The notes beneath the pieces were generated by a model. The model had not been told where the DNA came from. It did not search any database and saw only the letters and a list, made by a program, of their open reading frames with translations. A program made the translations under genes and the position numbers. DNA of 64,000 bases from Spongospora subterranea f. sp. subterranea (lineage: Eukaryota). Numbering within the stretch: the stretch's first letter is position 1; each line of letters starts with the position of its first letter. The DNA lies in contig JAUGWO010000152.1 of NCBI GenBank assembly GCA_049724395.1, positions 1 through 64,000 of the forward strand. Reading direction: 5' to 3'. Positions 35,868 through 50,056 of this stretch are shown here, piece after piece.

Positions 35868-38800
35868 CTATGATGCAGCAAGCCAATCGAAATCGGCCAC
35901 CAAAGGTAAATGATCGGAAGGGAATCGCGGGCTGGGCAGCGCTGTGAACTCGCCCACAATCTCGTCCGACGGCATGTCGAGATTGCCCAAAACCCGGAGA
36001 TGGTTTTTCGTGAAGAAAATATAGTCGAGAACGCCTACGAACGATCCCGTGTAGTTGGTATAACGAGGTTCGTGAGGACCATATGCCGACATCAAAGGCA
36101 GACGATGGGTTACGGCCTCGGGAGGAGGTAATACGTCATAATCCGACGCCATGTGAAATACCTATTAAGGATGAAAACAAACGACGTAAGAACACGAAAA
36201 TGCAATAAAAAAAGTTAGCTTGGTAAACAACTAAGCGAGGTGATGAATCACAAAACTGACTGACCTCATGATCAGGATGGACCCGTTCAGTCTGTATGAG
36301 TTCATAAACAGGAGAATCGGGTTTAGAATTGAAATCCCCACAGAGCACCAAAGGCATGTTTCGGCTCAGAACCAACTTTTCCAGCTCTTGACAGAGGATG
36401 AAAGTCTGCCACAGTTTGACGTCCTGTTCAACGGCACTGATCAGATAATCGAAGCAATAGAAACTTTTGATCAACATCAAAACTTGCATAACAAACACAT
36501 CCATTTACAACAAAATTTACAAACCTCAAACTCAGGATCCCAGAAGATGTGAGTATTGGCCACACAGAGACGGCGTTTGCGATGACGGCGTTGGGCAGAC
36601 CCAGTGATGTTCGTGGCTTGTGTCGCTGGAGTAAGCTCCTCCAGCACGACGACTAGCGCAATGTTCCCTCGAGATAGCCGTCGTAAAGCAGCACTTCGAA
36701 ATTCACTACGACCATCAAGACGCTGGCGGGCGGCCTCGTTGAACTCAATAGAATATTGTTCCATCAGAGCGAATGCTTGCGTTCTGCAAATAGCACAATT
36801 GAGATAACATACATGTCGTGACAAAATACAAGCAAGACAGAACACACAGCAAACTTCTTTGAAACAAAACCCAGAACAAAAACAGATAATTCAGCGAAAT
36901 GAAGTGATCCGACCTGTAAAATATTGCACACCCATCCATAGCGTTAGACTTATGACCCATAGCTGTTCTGGTCTTCATCTTGAAAATACCATCATATCCG
37001 AGAGCCTTCAACTGAGGTTGAAAAAACCTATTGCACATTTTTCAGCAAATCAAAAAGAGCAAATTCTTATACAAACAGGCACATACTCTTCGAAGTGGTC
37101 TCCTTGTACTTCCTGTAGACAGATAATGTCGGCATGTTGCGCCTCCAGTTCCTTCAAAATCAGATTTCGCCGATAATTCCATAGCAACGCCCACAAAGCG
37201 CAATAACTGTCAAAAATTTGTTGAGAGTGTTATTGCGCGTTGGCTTTTACAAAACTCCAACTCAACAATAACCAGGAAGACATGCAGAACGAAAAAAGAC
37301 CTGATCGCAATACTTACGGGAAGACCTGTCTAGTGGCATATATTGCCGCTAGGGTATTATAGCATACAACACGAAACGCTGCTTGAGTGGGCGCTCCATT
37401 ATGATGGTAGACGAATGGGCGAGGAGGAGCTGCTTCTGGTTCTGGCAGCACGGGCGATGTGGCTTTGGACATGCCGATGGCAACGGGCAACGTGGAGTCT
37501 GAAGGCGTTAAGCGGACCTGATTCGGCACCCGTTATTGAAACAGGAAAACGAAGTCGATAGTGTTTTGAAAATGAAAAAAACAAGCATGTAGGCACACAG
37601 GTCGGGGCGCTGGACGGCCGATTTACAGTGGCATGTGATAATGCTGACAAATGACCGAGATCACGGCCTGGCAAAATGACTGTCCGACCTTGCTGAAAGA
37701 TCAACCACCAAAAAAAAAAGTTGAAACACAAGTAACAAGAAAACAATACGGATACAGTTTGGGTATAAAGAGGACAATACCTCTATCTGAATCATGCGGC
37801 CAACATCATCGGCACGTGGTGTGTATAGTTTGTCGTGCGATACAATGGTCCAGATGTTCTTCAGCTGTGGTGGAAATCGCCTATTCAGCCTGAGATTTTC
37901 GATCATTAGATAACCCATGCTTTAAGGGCATTCACGTGAAACTATTACATTTGATAGTCGGAAGAAAGGATCTCGCCAATCTCAGCAGGTGTTTCCTGAC
38001 CAGTCGACATTTTATCATCCATATCCATATCGTCATCTTCCCTGAAAAAAAAAAACGTCAAAGAGATATTTGCGACTTGAAAGGATAACATTGGACACTC
38101 CAACTACATTGATAATAAAATGACAGCAGACGGTGACTGTATCTGCATCAGGAAAATTACCAAAAAAAAAAGCCAAAAAATTCCGAGTATTTTGAGGAAA
38201 CAACAAAACTGCGCTCCCTTCACAAAGCAATTCTCGAAACAGAGCTCGCGACCGAGAATGACAGTGCAAAAAAAACCACGACACAGCCATGTGAAGTCAA
38301 CCGAAAGAAAATCGTAACATCTTTGATAGGTGGAAAAAATTACCAGATATGTTGATTTTCATCGGAAATAAGGTCAGGATGTCCGCTGCGTGCCTTTTGG
38401 TAGCGAGGAGCAGCGTGCATCTGCCGATGAGCAGGCCATTGATTCCGACCAATGCTCGGAGGAACAAAAATAGGACAGGTGAATGGGAATGCTGCACTTC
38501 AAACACATCAAGCACTGGAGTTTGGCGCCACCATTACAGTGGGTCACTGAACAGATGCGCTGCTGGCCGCGGCGCCATGTCACCTGCAGGCCATCATCGA
38601 TTGACATGTCGGCAGCCGTTTGTGATCCTTCAGCATCCTGAACGAAAACATATCTGAAACAAGTCCACGCAACTCATGTTCGATTCCAAAGATTTCGTTG
38701 GGATTTAGCAAAAAAAAAATATTGAAATAAAAATTTTTACAAGCCCAATCAAACTCGTTTCGATGATGATCTTCTCTTTGCCGGCAACGACATTGTGCCA

Positions 38801-39129
38801 ACCGAGAATTTTAAGTTCGTGATTATAAAATCAACAAGAAGAATTTGAAAAAAACTAAACGTTATTACCTTCAACAGCACATACGGCCGTAATTCACAAT
38901 TTTGCACAGGTGGATTATGTAGAATCCTCACGCTAGAAATCTGCGTCGAGTTCGAGATGGTCCTGGAAACAGCCGGTGTGGCTGGCAGGAATTCGGCTTC
39001 AATAAAGTGATCCGGGCGAGGTGTCGCAGTTGGCGGAAACCCGTCCGATCGAGATCGGTGCGGTGCACGTCCCGACGCGTCCGCCGCCGTCGATGGCGAC
39101 GGTGCGGCACCATCCCCAACGGCGAACAT
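35868..39129 (-). CDS. CCR4: CCR4-like deadenylase (EEP superfamily) with Cys-rich N-terminal region, multi-exon
   Basis: 'FRVVCYNTLA', 'ADIICLQEVQGDHF', 'DGCAIFY', 'LCVANTHIFWDPEF', 'LVLCGDFNSKPDS', 'YTNYTGSFVGVLDYIF', 'PSDHLPLVADF'. N-terminal 'PVQNCELRPYV' and 'CSVTHC..LQCLMCLK..SYFCS' as in plant-type CCR4. Confidence 0.92.
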
Positions 39130-40095
39130 TGCAATCTAACGAAGATAACGCACGCCGACGACGTCCGCAGTCCGCGCGGCGCAGCCGCTCCACTAATACT
39201 ATAAGGTCCGATTAGGAATGTAATCGCCGAGCGGGGTCCGCACCCACATGTCATTTGAACGGGATCACGTTGCCAACGCATGACACGGTGCAAGTGGAAG
39301 AACGTCCGGTGAAATCGTGTCAGTAACGCGATGTGTGACTTGAACTGGTGTGGGGAAACGTGTCTGTGATGGAACCAGGCGATGACTCTAAACGGCATGG
39401 GGAAACAATGCCATCATAGATCGACGGTCGGCCACGAGCGACGGACAGTTTTTTTTGGGAAAGCTGCGATTCAAACCACGATGGTCTGGTGGAGTTTATT
39501 GTTCGCTTAAACCGGCTTAAATTGTTTTGGTACTCGGTCCGGTTTTTCGCTTTTCTTTGCTTTGAACTGTCACCCCTGAGTCCATGTATAATTATTTTTG
39601 ATATAAACGGGTCTTTCCAGTCTTGACTGGTCTTCAAAGCCTGGTTCTGGTCAGTACGATTTTTCTGTTCAGAATAACTGTTCTATTCGCATTTTTACTT
39701 TTTTTTGTACTTTCCTGGCAAAAGATCATTGAAATTTGTAGAAAGCCGCTTCTTTCGTGGAGAATTATTTGCGGCAGATCTCTGAAGAATCTGTCTCTCA
39801 CATCATATCTCCCGAGTGCGAGATGTCAACCTTGTCGGATGTTGGGGTAAGCCGCTGTCACCCTTCGCCGAATTCCCGCCGTCAACGCCCACATTTGTCG
39901 CTACACCCCACTCCAGCAAAGCTAATGTCGCGCTCTTCTCCATTAACAAAAAACCTTTCAACTTTTCAGCTGAGCACGACGATTTGTGATTCTGAGGTCA
40001 AGTTCGAGGGTGCGCAACTTGATTAACCTATTGCTAAGAAGCGAGGACTTTTGCTGTTGTGAATCCTCTCAGTAAACTTGAATATTTGCTTATGA

Positions 40096-42450
40096 ATGAC
40101 AGACCGTTCAGATTTACACGTCGACCATAAAGAAGACTCCGATATTCTCACCGACTGCGGTTTCTAAACCTGTTGCTCAGAAATTACAGCACTGGATATA
40201 CAAAAGTTCAAATATGAAATTGCATATGTTAAGATTAAGAGAACGCATGGCCAGATTTGATGACTTTTTAGGAGCAGCGGTAGAATCGATTGTGGTGAAT
40301 GTTCAAACACTTAGTCTAGCTACATCAACTTGTCTGAGGAATATCCCCGATGAACACAGAGTTAGACCACTACAAACTGCTGATTTTGTTTGGCCTGGAG
40401 TGGAAGAGATACGGCTATTGGTTGGCATTTGTGGTATGTTGATCACCATATCAGTCTGGCTTGTTTTGGTACGTGAGACTTTTCCAATCAGGTTGACCAG
40501 CAATATATGTAATCGATCAATGCCCTAAATACTCATGTTTATTCTTGCTCGGAGAGAGGGTTCCACCATTTGGAACCTCTTTTGCCGCATATGGATCATT
40601 GAAATTACCAATAACGACGGGACGGGACTGTGAGAATATGATCCAATTTGAAGGGGGGAATTGGTCCTCTGTTGGCAAAACCCCTGAGGGAGAAATGGAG
40701 AAGGGGTTAGGGAACTACTGTTCGGTGCTCAGAAATAGATTGAGAAGTCGCCAATACCACATGTTGATCAACTTATTAATGGCCAAAATCTATGATCATT
40801 ATTAGTTTGATACACCAGTCGGTGACCATGAATTGGCCAATTCAGGCTATTCTTGTCTCCGTTTGCAAATTTCCTTCTGACTCCAGTCGCTCGCTGAAGG
40901 TCCCCTCATTGTCATATCTTTAATTAACTGATTAAATTCAATCCTACTCAAGCAAGATGAAATTATCTAACAGTGATTACGTTCATCGCGCAAGACGAGT
41001 CAGGCGGCGCGTTCGTGCTGTGTCCGAGCTAAAGCACGATGTGCAACCGAGCACCCGTGTCAACGCCTCCATCGCGCTGAAACCTGTATCGATCGGGTTC
41101 AGCAAGCCAAGTACTCTAGAGAACAGAAGCCTGTTTCCCCAGCTACAACGAGCTTAAGTTCTTGTCGTTGTTGTCCTGTTGACTGCGACTCATTCGCCAG
41201 ATCGATGTCTCAGCTGATGAACGCGCCTGGTTTTCTGTCATTCTTTTGCATCGTTCATTCTTCAAATATATTGATTTCAACGAAAAAGTATTAGTTAACG
41301 TGACCTTGATAGCTTTTTCTAAGTAGGAAATTAATGGTGTTAAGATCCCGGTTCGTGCAGCGTCCTTCAGCTCGTTTAACTTCTTTGTAGTTGAAGCTAT
41401 CTTGAAGGACAAAGCTGCTTCTTGTTTAGCCGATTGTTGTAAAAATACAGCAATTGGCTTATGGTTCAGCCAAGGTAGCATCTCCTGCATCTCTTCTGTG
41501 ATACGGGGTTGCATGATGATCGGTCAATCCTGAAAAAGTGTTTTTAGGGTATTTGGGGGTTAGGGATTTAGGATTATGTAGTTCCGATTAAGAAACCAGT
41601 ACTTTGTAAAGAAGGTTTCAATCTAAGATGACTCAAATTCGTTTCTGTTCTGTAGGAACGTCTTCTCGCTACGAATTCCGTCGTGGATTTTTAGCCTTTG
41701 AATGGTGTCTGCAATTGCATCCTGATAAATTGAAGATGGTGGTTCTGCAGCTTTTGGAATGTATTTTGCGCCTAAACCTAGAACTTTCAAATCTGGAATG
41801 GAGCGGAAGTTCGGAGGGAGTAGATTATGAAATCTAGTATTCGTGATGGCCGTATTTAGTGAGTTCTGCGGGTACGTTGTTTTGCCATAGATGAATTTAC
41901 GCGCCTTGAATTTGGTTTGGAACTTGTATTGCCTTTTCTTGCGGAGACGTCGTATGCGGAACCGAGCGAAAATGGCAACGATGTGTTCGACTCAATCGCG
42001 CTGAAACCTGTACTAACCGTCTCCAGCAAGCAAATGATCGCGCCTGTCATTGTGAACAGAAGCCTGGTTCCCCAGCCAAAACGAGCTCAAGTTCTTCCAG
42101 CTCGATCTGCCACGGCTACTGCTGCTTATTCGGCAGATGGGAATATGAATGTGCACACAATAATCGGTATAATAAAATCATCTTGACCAGCCGCCCGCGG
42201 GTGACTGCCTCCCCCGGCCGCGGGTTACCCGTTACCATGTACCAGGCATAAAACCAAATACAACCGCGAACTGGACCAGATAGGTAGCCAAATGGTTTCT
42301 ATCTCTATCACGTACAGACCGTTCAGATTACATGTCAAGCATAAGACTTTGACACCGATATTTTCATCGAGTTAAAGACGAAGTGAATGAACCAAGGGTG
42401 AAGAAAACTTATTGTCAGATTTGATCACACGTTGGGAATCAGCGGTAGGA
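40096..42450 (+). repeat. Diverged duplicated segments of an unidentified repeat family
   Basis: ~40099-40155 and ~40250-40290 resemble ~42314-42452; ~41070-41163 resembles ~41995-42095. Confidence 0.55.
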
Positions 42451-42510
42451 TCGCGAGCTTGTCTGGCCACGAATGCCCAACCCGGCACACGGCACACCTG
42501 TCAACTCTAT

Positions 42511-45500
42511 CCAAGTCCCCCGTCATGGTTTACTGTTACCATCAGTCGTCTTCCTGTTAATGCGCCCTTGTCATGTTAACACCTGGTCCACCAAGTCCCC
42601 GTCATGGTTTACTGTTACCATCAGTCGTCTTCCTGTTAATGCGCCCTTGTCATGTTAACACCTGGTCCACCAAGTCCCCGTCATGGTTTACTGTTGCCAT
42701 CAGTCGTCTTCCTGTTAATGCGCCCTTGTCATGTTAACACCTGGTCCACCAAGTCCCCGTCATGGTTTACTGTTACCATCAGTCGTCTTCCTGTTAATGC
42801 GCCCTTGTCATGTTAACACCTGGTCCACCAAGTCCCCGTCATGGTTTACTGTTACCATCAGTCGTCTTCCTGTTAATGCGCCCTTGTCATGTTAACACCT
42901 GGTCCACCAAGTCCCCGACATGGTTTACTGTTGCCATCAGTCGTCTTCCTGTTAATGCGCCCTTGTCATGTTAACACCTGGTCCACCAAGTCCCCGACAT
43001 GGTTTACTGTTGCCATCAGTCGTCTTCCTGTTAATGCGCCCTTGTCATGTTAACACCTGGTCCACCAAGTCCCCGTCATGGTTTACTGTTGCCATCAGTC
43101 GTCTTCCTGTTAATGCGCCCTTGTCATGTTAACACCATGGTCCACCAAGTCCCCGTCATGGTTTACTGTTGCCATCAGTCGTCTTCCTGTTAATGCGCCC
43201 TTGTCATGTTAACACCTGGTCCACCAAGTCCCCGACATGGTTTACTGTTGCCATCAGTCGTCTTCCTGTTAATGCGCCCTTGTCATGTTAACACCTGGTC
43301 CACCAAGTCCCCGACATGGTTTACTGTTGCCATCAGTCGTCTTCCTGTTAATGCGCCCTTGTCATGTTAACACCTGGTCCACCAAGTCCCCGACATGGTT
43401 TACTGTTGCCATCAGTCGTCTTCCTGTTAATGCGCCCTTGTCATGTTAACACCTGGTCCACCAAGTCCCCGACATGGTTTACTGTTGCCATCAGTCGTCT
43501 TCCTGTTAATGCGCCCTTGTCATGTTAACACCTGGTCCACCAAGTCCCCGACATGGTTTACTGTTGCCATCAGTCGTCTTCCTGTTAATGCGCCCTTGTC
43601 ATGTTAACACCTGGTCCACCAAGTCCCCGTCATGGTTTACTGTTGCCATCAGTCGTCTTCCTGTTAATGCGCCCTTGTCATGTTAACACCTGGTCCACCA
43701 AGTCCCCGTCATGGTTTACTGTTGCCATCAGTCGTCTTCCTGTTAATGCGCCCTTGTCATGTTAACACCTGGTCCACCAAGTCCCCGTCATGGTTTACTG
43801 TTGCCATCAGTCGTCTTCCTGTTAATGCGCCCTTGTCATGTTAACACCTGGTCCACCAAGTCCCCGTCATGGTTTACTGTTGCCATCAGTCGTCTTCCTG
43901 TTAATGCGCCCTTGTCATGTTAACACCTGGTCCACCAAGTCCCCGTCATGGTTTACTGTTGCCATCAGTCGTCTTCCTGTTAATGCGCCCTTGTCATGTT
44001 AACACCTGGTCCACCAAGTCCCCGTCATGGTTTACTGTTGCCATCAGTCGTCTTCCTGTTAATGCGCCCTTGTCATGTTAACACCTGGTCCACCAAGTCC
44101 CCCATGGTTTACTGTTGCCATCAGTCGTCTTCCTGTTAATGCGCCCTTGTCATGTTAACACCTGGTCCACCAAGTCCCCCATGGTTTACTGTTGCCATCA
44201 GTCGTCTTCCTGTTAATGCGCCCTTGTCATGTTAACACCTGGTCCACCAAGTCCCCGACATGGTTTACTGTTGCCATCAGTCGTCTTCCTGTTAATGCGC
44301 CCTTGTCATGTTAACACCTGGTCCACCAAGTCCCCGTCATGGTTCGTATGTTACTGTTGCCATCAGTCGTCTTCCTGTTAATGCGCCCTTGTCATGTTAA
44401 CACCTGGTCCACCAAGTCCCCGACATGGTTTACTGTTGCCATCAGTCGTCTTCCTGTTAATGCGCCCTTGTCATGTTAACACCTGGTCCACCAAGTCCCC
44501 GTCATGGTTTACTGTTGCCATCAGTCGTCTTCCTGTTAATGCGCCCTTGTCATGTTAACACCTGGTCCACCAACATGGTTTACTGTTGCCATCAGTCGTC
44601 TTCCTGTTAATGCGCCCTTGTCATGTTAACACCTGGTCCACCAAGTCCCCGACATGGTTTACTGTTGCCATCAGTCGTCTTCCTGTTAATGCGCCCTTGT
44701 CATGTTAACACCTGGTCCACCAAGTCCCCGTCATGGTTTACTGTTGCCATCAGTCGTCTTCCTGTTAATGCGCCCTTGTCATGTTAACACCTGGTCCACC
44801 AAGTCCCCGTCATGGTTTACTGTTGCCATCAGTCGTCTTCCTGTTAATGCGCCCTTGTCATGTTAACACCTGGTCCACCAAGTCCCCGACATGGTTTACT
44901 GTTGCCATCAGTCGTCTTCCTGTTAATGCGCCCTTGTCATGTTAACACCTGGTCCACCAAGTCCCCGACATGGTTTACTGTTGCCATCAGTCGTCTTCCT
45001 GTTAATGCGCCCTTGTCATGTTAACACCTGGTCCACCAAGTCCCCGTCCACCAACATGGTTTACTGTTGCCATCAGTCGTCTTCCTGTTAATGCGCCCTT
45101 GTCATGTTAACACCTGGTCCACCAAGTCCCCGACATGGTTTACTGTTGCCATCAGTCGTCTTCCTGTTAATGCGCCCTTGTCATGTTAACACCTGGTCCA
45201 CCAAGTCCCCGACATGGTTTACTGTTGCCATCAGTCGTCTTCCTGTTAATGCGCCCTTGTCATGTTAACACCTGGTCCACCAAGTCCCCGACATGGTTTA
45301 CTGTTGCCATCAGTCGTCTTCCTGTTAATGCGCCCTTGTCATGTTAACACCTGGTCCACCAAGTCCCCGTCATGGTTTACTGTTGCCATCAGTCGTCTTC
45401 CTGTTAATGCGCCCTTGTCATGTTAACACCTGGTCCACCAAGTCCCCCGTCATGGTTTACTGTTGCCATCAGTCGTCTTCCTGTTAATGCGCCCTTGTCA

Positions 45501-47465
45501 TGTTAACACCTGGTCCACCAAGTCCCCGACATGGTTTACTGTTGCCATCAGTCGTCTTCCTGTTAATGCGCCCTTGTCATGTTAACACCTGGTCCACCAA
45601 GTCCCCGTCATGGTTTACTGTTGCCATCAGTCGTCTTCCTGTTAATGCGCCCTTGTCATGTTAACACCTGGTCCACCAAGTCCCCGTCATGGTTTACTGT
45701 TGCCATCAGTCGTCTTCCTGTTAATGCGCCCTTGTCATGTTAACACCTGGTCCACCAAGTCCCCGTTTACTGTTGCCATGGTTTACTGTTGCCATCAGTC
45801 GTCTTCCTGTTAATGCGCCCTTGTCATGTTAACACCTGGTCCACCAAGTCCCCCATGGTTTACTGTTGCCATCAGTCGTCTTCCTGTTAATGCGCCCTTG
45901 TCATGTTAACACCTGGTCCACCAAGTCCCCGTCATGGTTTACTGTTGCCATCAGTCGTCTTCCTGTTAATGCGCCCTTGTCATGTTAACACCTGGTCCAC
46001 CAAGTCCCCGACATGGTTGGTTGCCATCAGTCGTCTTCCTGTTAATGCGCCCTTGTACTGTTACTGTTGCCATCAGTCGTCTTCCTGTTAATGCGCCCTT
46101 GTCATGTTAACACCTGGTCCACCAAGTCCCCGACATGGTTTACTGTTGCCATCAGTCGTCTTCCTGTTAATGCGCCCTTGTCATGTTAACACCTGGTCCA
46201 CCAAGTCCCCGTCATGGTTTACTGTTGCCATCAGTCGTCTTCCTGTTAATGCGCCCTTGTCATGTTAACACCTGGTCCACCAAGTCCCCGTCATGGTTTA
46301 CTGTTGCCATCAGTCGTCTTCCTGTTAATGCATGTTAACACCCTTGTCATGTTAACACCTGGTCCACCAAGTCCCCGTCATGGTTTACTGTTGCCATCAG
46401 TCGTCTTCCTGTTAATGCGCCCTTGTCATGTTAACACCTGGTCCACCAAGTCCCCGACATGGTTTACTGTTGCCATCAGTCGTCTTCCTGTTAATGCGCC
46501 CTTGTCATGTTAACACCTGGTCCACCAAGTCCCCGACATGGTTTACTGTTGCCATCAGTCGTCTTCCTGTTAATGCGCCCCTTGTCATGTTAACACCTGG
46601 TCCACCAAGTCCCCGTCATGGTTTACTGTTGCCATCAGTCGTCTTCCTGTTAATGCGCCCTTGTCATGTTAACACCTGGTCCACCAAGTCCCCGTCATGG
46701 TTTACTGTTGCCATCAGTCGTCTTCCTGTTAATGCGCCCTTGTCATGTTAACACCTGGTCCACCAAGTCCCCGACATGGTTTACTGTTGCCATCAGTCGT
46801 CTTCCTGTTAATGCGCCCTTGTCATGTTAACACCTGTCCACCAAGTCCCCCATGGTTTACTGTTGCCATCAGTCGTCTTCCTGTTAATGCGCCCTTGTCA
46901 TGTTAACACCTGGTCCACCAAGTCCCCGTCATGGTTTACTGTTGCCATCAGTCGTCTTCCTGTTAATGCGCCCTTGTCATGTTAACACCTGGTCCACCAA
47001 GTCCCCCATGGTTTACTGTTGCCATCAGTCGTCTTCCTGTTAATGCGCCCTTGTCATGTTAACACCTGGTCCACCAAGTCCCCGTCATGGTTTACTGTTG
47101 CCATCAGTCGTCTTCCTGTTAATGCGCCCTTGTCATGTTAACACCTGGTCCACCAAGTCCCCGACATGGTTTACTGTTGCCATCAGTCGTCTTCCTGTTA
47201 ATGCGCCCTTGTCATGTTAACACCTGGTCCACCAAGTCCCCGACATGGTTTACTGTTGCCATCAGTCGTCTTCCTGTTAATGCGCCCTTGTCATGTTAAC
47301 ACCTGGTCCACCAAGTCCCCGACATGGTTTACTGTTGCCATCAGTCGTCTTCCTGTTAATGCGCCCTTGTCATGTTAACACCTGGTCCACCAAGTCCCCG
47401 TCATGGTTTACTGTTGCCATCAGTCGTCTTCCTGTTAATGCGCCCTTGTCATGTTAACACCTGGT
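42511..47465. repeat. Satellite array, 79-bp unit, about 62 highly homogeneous copies
   Basis: Unit CCAAGTCCCCG(T/A)CATGGTTTACTGTT(G/A)CCATCAGTCGTCTTCCTGTTAATGCGCCCTTGTCATGTTAACACCTGGTCCA; period 79 (42591 to 42670). Confidence 0.99.
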
Positions 47466-48180
47466 GAAGTCCTTTCAAAACACTCTCAATATTCTCGCTC
47501 TCAACCAGGACCATGCCGGATACCACGTTCTTCCCCAAACAATCCGCATTCGTAAAAGGCATTAATTTGAGGTCGTACATCGTACTATATGAGTTCCGTC
47601 TATCATTGTATGCAGAAGCGTATTTGGCCATCTGATTAGTCTATCAAAAATATAAAAAAACAAATACTCAGTGAGAGCAAAGGCAAGCACCAGCACACCT
47701 GCAAGAATACTGCTTTCAGTTGCTGCTGAATATTTGTTTTTGTAGACTAGTCAGATGGCCAAATACGCTTCTGCATACAATAATAGACGGAACTCATAAT
47801 ACTACGATGTACGACCTCAAGTTGATGATACCGTGCTTCATGAAGAGCGTCATGCTGTTCGGATCTGATCCAAAATGATCGGTTTTCGCATTGCGCGACC
47901 GCCTAGAAAGGAGAGACATGGAATAGTCTCGATCGGAATGAGCATTTTGCAGGATCTCCCTGATCTACAAGAACCACGTTAATGTTCTGACAGTTTTTCA
48001 CTATAATTTGGATCAAATCCCTTCCTGTTACTTTGCAGAGAGGAAGAGAAAAGCGTGAAACCATCTCAATAGTGCGAATCTCATCAGGATATAAATCAGC
48101 GTCTTTGCAAATCATGTTCGTACCACTGCTGACATTCAAATTATCAATGTCGTGGTTTTCAAGAAATAAATTTGGGCCGA
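47449..48180 (-). mobile_element. MULE/FAR1-like transposase remnant with a short inverted duplicate
   Basis: '(IDGTHN)TTMYDLKLMPFTNADCLGKNVVSGMVLVESENIESV' resembles the first DDE aspartate region of MULE transposases. Inverted arms 47567-47643 and 47743-47821. Confidence 0.65.
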
Positions 48181-48465
48181 GCGATTATGGCTAAAAGTTA
48201 CACTCCAAGGGCACGTCGATTTAACTCAATGATTGGATTTGGCAAGCTGCTCCTTATAATTGCATGTTCCCTCTGGAGGTAACTCTTGCGTTAACACTTC
48301 TAACGCAACAGAGTCAAAATGGAGGCAATTAACATAGAGACAAACCCAAATAGCTGCTCGGATAGCTTCAATATATGTTTAAACAAAAAATTGTATCTTG
48401 GCTTCAAGAACCTCAAACGAAGAGAAAGTATCCTTTAACGAAAGAGACGACGCCATAGAGTAAAG

Positions 48466-48556
48466 AATGAATTGATGAGGTGCACGCGAAAGGGAGATGA
48501 ATCGATGAGTGCACGCGAAAGGGAGATGAATTGATGAGGTGCACGTGAAAGGGAGA
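48466..48556. repeat. Short tandem repeat, about 30-bp unit, 3 copies
   Basis: GAATTGATGAGGTGCACGCGAAAGGGAGAT-like unit three times. Confidence 0.85.
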
Positions 48557-48769
48557 GGGCAACCTCAAAGTCTTCACGCATGTTGTTAGACATGGACTGC
48601 TGCTGTTTCTCATAACATTAAAGATGTGGAAACGCCAACGACGGGAGCGATCTGAGCAGGATGTTGCTGCAGAACTTGAGGCATCAACGAAGCTTCTGCC
48701 AGAGGCGGATCAAGAGCTCTTCCCTGCAACATGGATAGCAACGGATAATCTGGTGTACTGCGCCTACGC

Positions 48770-49550
48770 GCGTTTGCATTGAACCAGTACGTTAACCAGC
48801 CGCAGCAAGTCAGGGTGGTGTCAGCGTCGTCGTCATCGCGACTACCGACGTTGCAATTCACGTGCACTGCTTGTTATGCAGTCTTTCAGAGGAAGACCAC
48901 TGCTCGCGACCATGTGGTCAGGGTTCATTCCAGTGTCTATGAATTTATGAGAGGCACCTCGCAATGGCCGGCCGGTAATTATTGTCTGCATGAAGTTACG
49001 AGTGTTGCCTCATTGTTATGAAGGACACCCTTGCCAAGTTCATTGCAACAAACTTGAAGAACCCGCGCGGCCAGAGGTCGGCGGATGATATTGAGGTGGA
49101 TCGCCGACGACGGTGGTGCTACAATATGTCAGAGGCGGACATCGCGTTGGAAATACACGAACTGCTTGCGTGCCTGCCCGCGGCTATTGTTGACAGCGCG
49201 GGATCATATCCCACATCGTGGACAACAATGGAGCAACTGGGTTGCTTTGCAACAATGTTGCCAGGACATGCGTCTCAACGTGATCCACCTTGTTGAGTAT
49301 CGCATTCCTGGCCCGCTCAGCCATTTGCGTAATCGTGGCCTTCGTTAGCGCCGGCAAGGAATGTCGAATCCCAGTGCGGTTGCAATTTGCTGCGCCATGT
49401 CCAGCGGGTGAACACTCGCTGTCTTCCATAATATCATCCGAAGCCCCTTGGACGCAAGGATTTTTGAGGTTCCGGCATCATGCAGAAAATAAATACCGGT
49501 CCGCGCGATGTTCCTTTAAGAAAGTCATACAGGCTCCCGTGACATGATCC
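48770..49550 (+). pseudogene. Fragmented gene with a single C2H2 zinc finger
   Basis: 'FTCTACYAVFQRKTTARDHVVRVH' followed by frameshifted ORFs 49018-49296 and 49290-49547. Confidence 0.45.
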
Positions 49551-50056
49551 CGCAAAGTGGCCTGCCGTTTGAACAGGCATTCCGCACTTGACGCAAAACA
49601 TCGTCAAAAGAGGTTCCTAACCGCTAGAAAAATGTCAAATGGAGAGAAAATCTTGTCAAATGGCACGGAGTTGCGGAACGGGGATGGAGAGACATTACAT
49701 CAAATGGCGCAGAGTCGCCTTGACGACGAAATAAGTACCCGACGAGTTATAACTGCATCCACGCAAAAAAGTAAAATGCGTGTCGCCATGGCGGTTCTCG
49801 CATTCCACTACTGGAGTGTACGGTCCGTCATGTTATATCTATGTACTTACACACGTCGGTGGAGTGTTATTGCGCGAGTCTCCAGATCCTTAAATAAACC
49901 CAGTTGACCCTACTGGGAGGCTGATTCATAACCTCGTGTCTGTACCTGTAAATTGACGTGACATGCCAGATATAGCCCTTCCACTGTACTATTGCCCAGT
50001 CAGGGGACCTATATCACTATCATCATAACGTAACTGGTCATTGTTGTGTGATCATC

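Noticed and set aside
42511..47465. CRISPR array or coding repeat
   Set aside because: Units are contiguous with no unique spacers, there are no cas genes, the context is eukaryotic, and the 79-bp period is not a multiple of 3 and contains stops.
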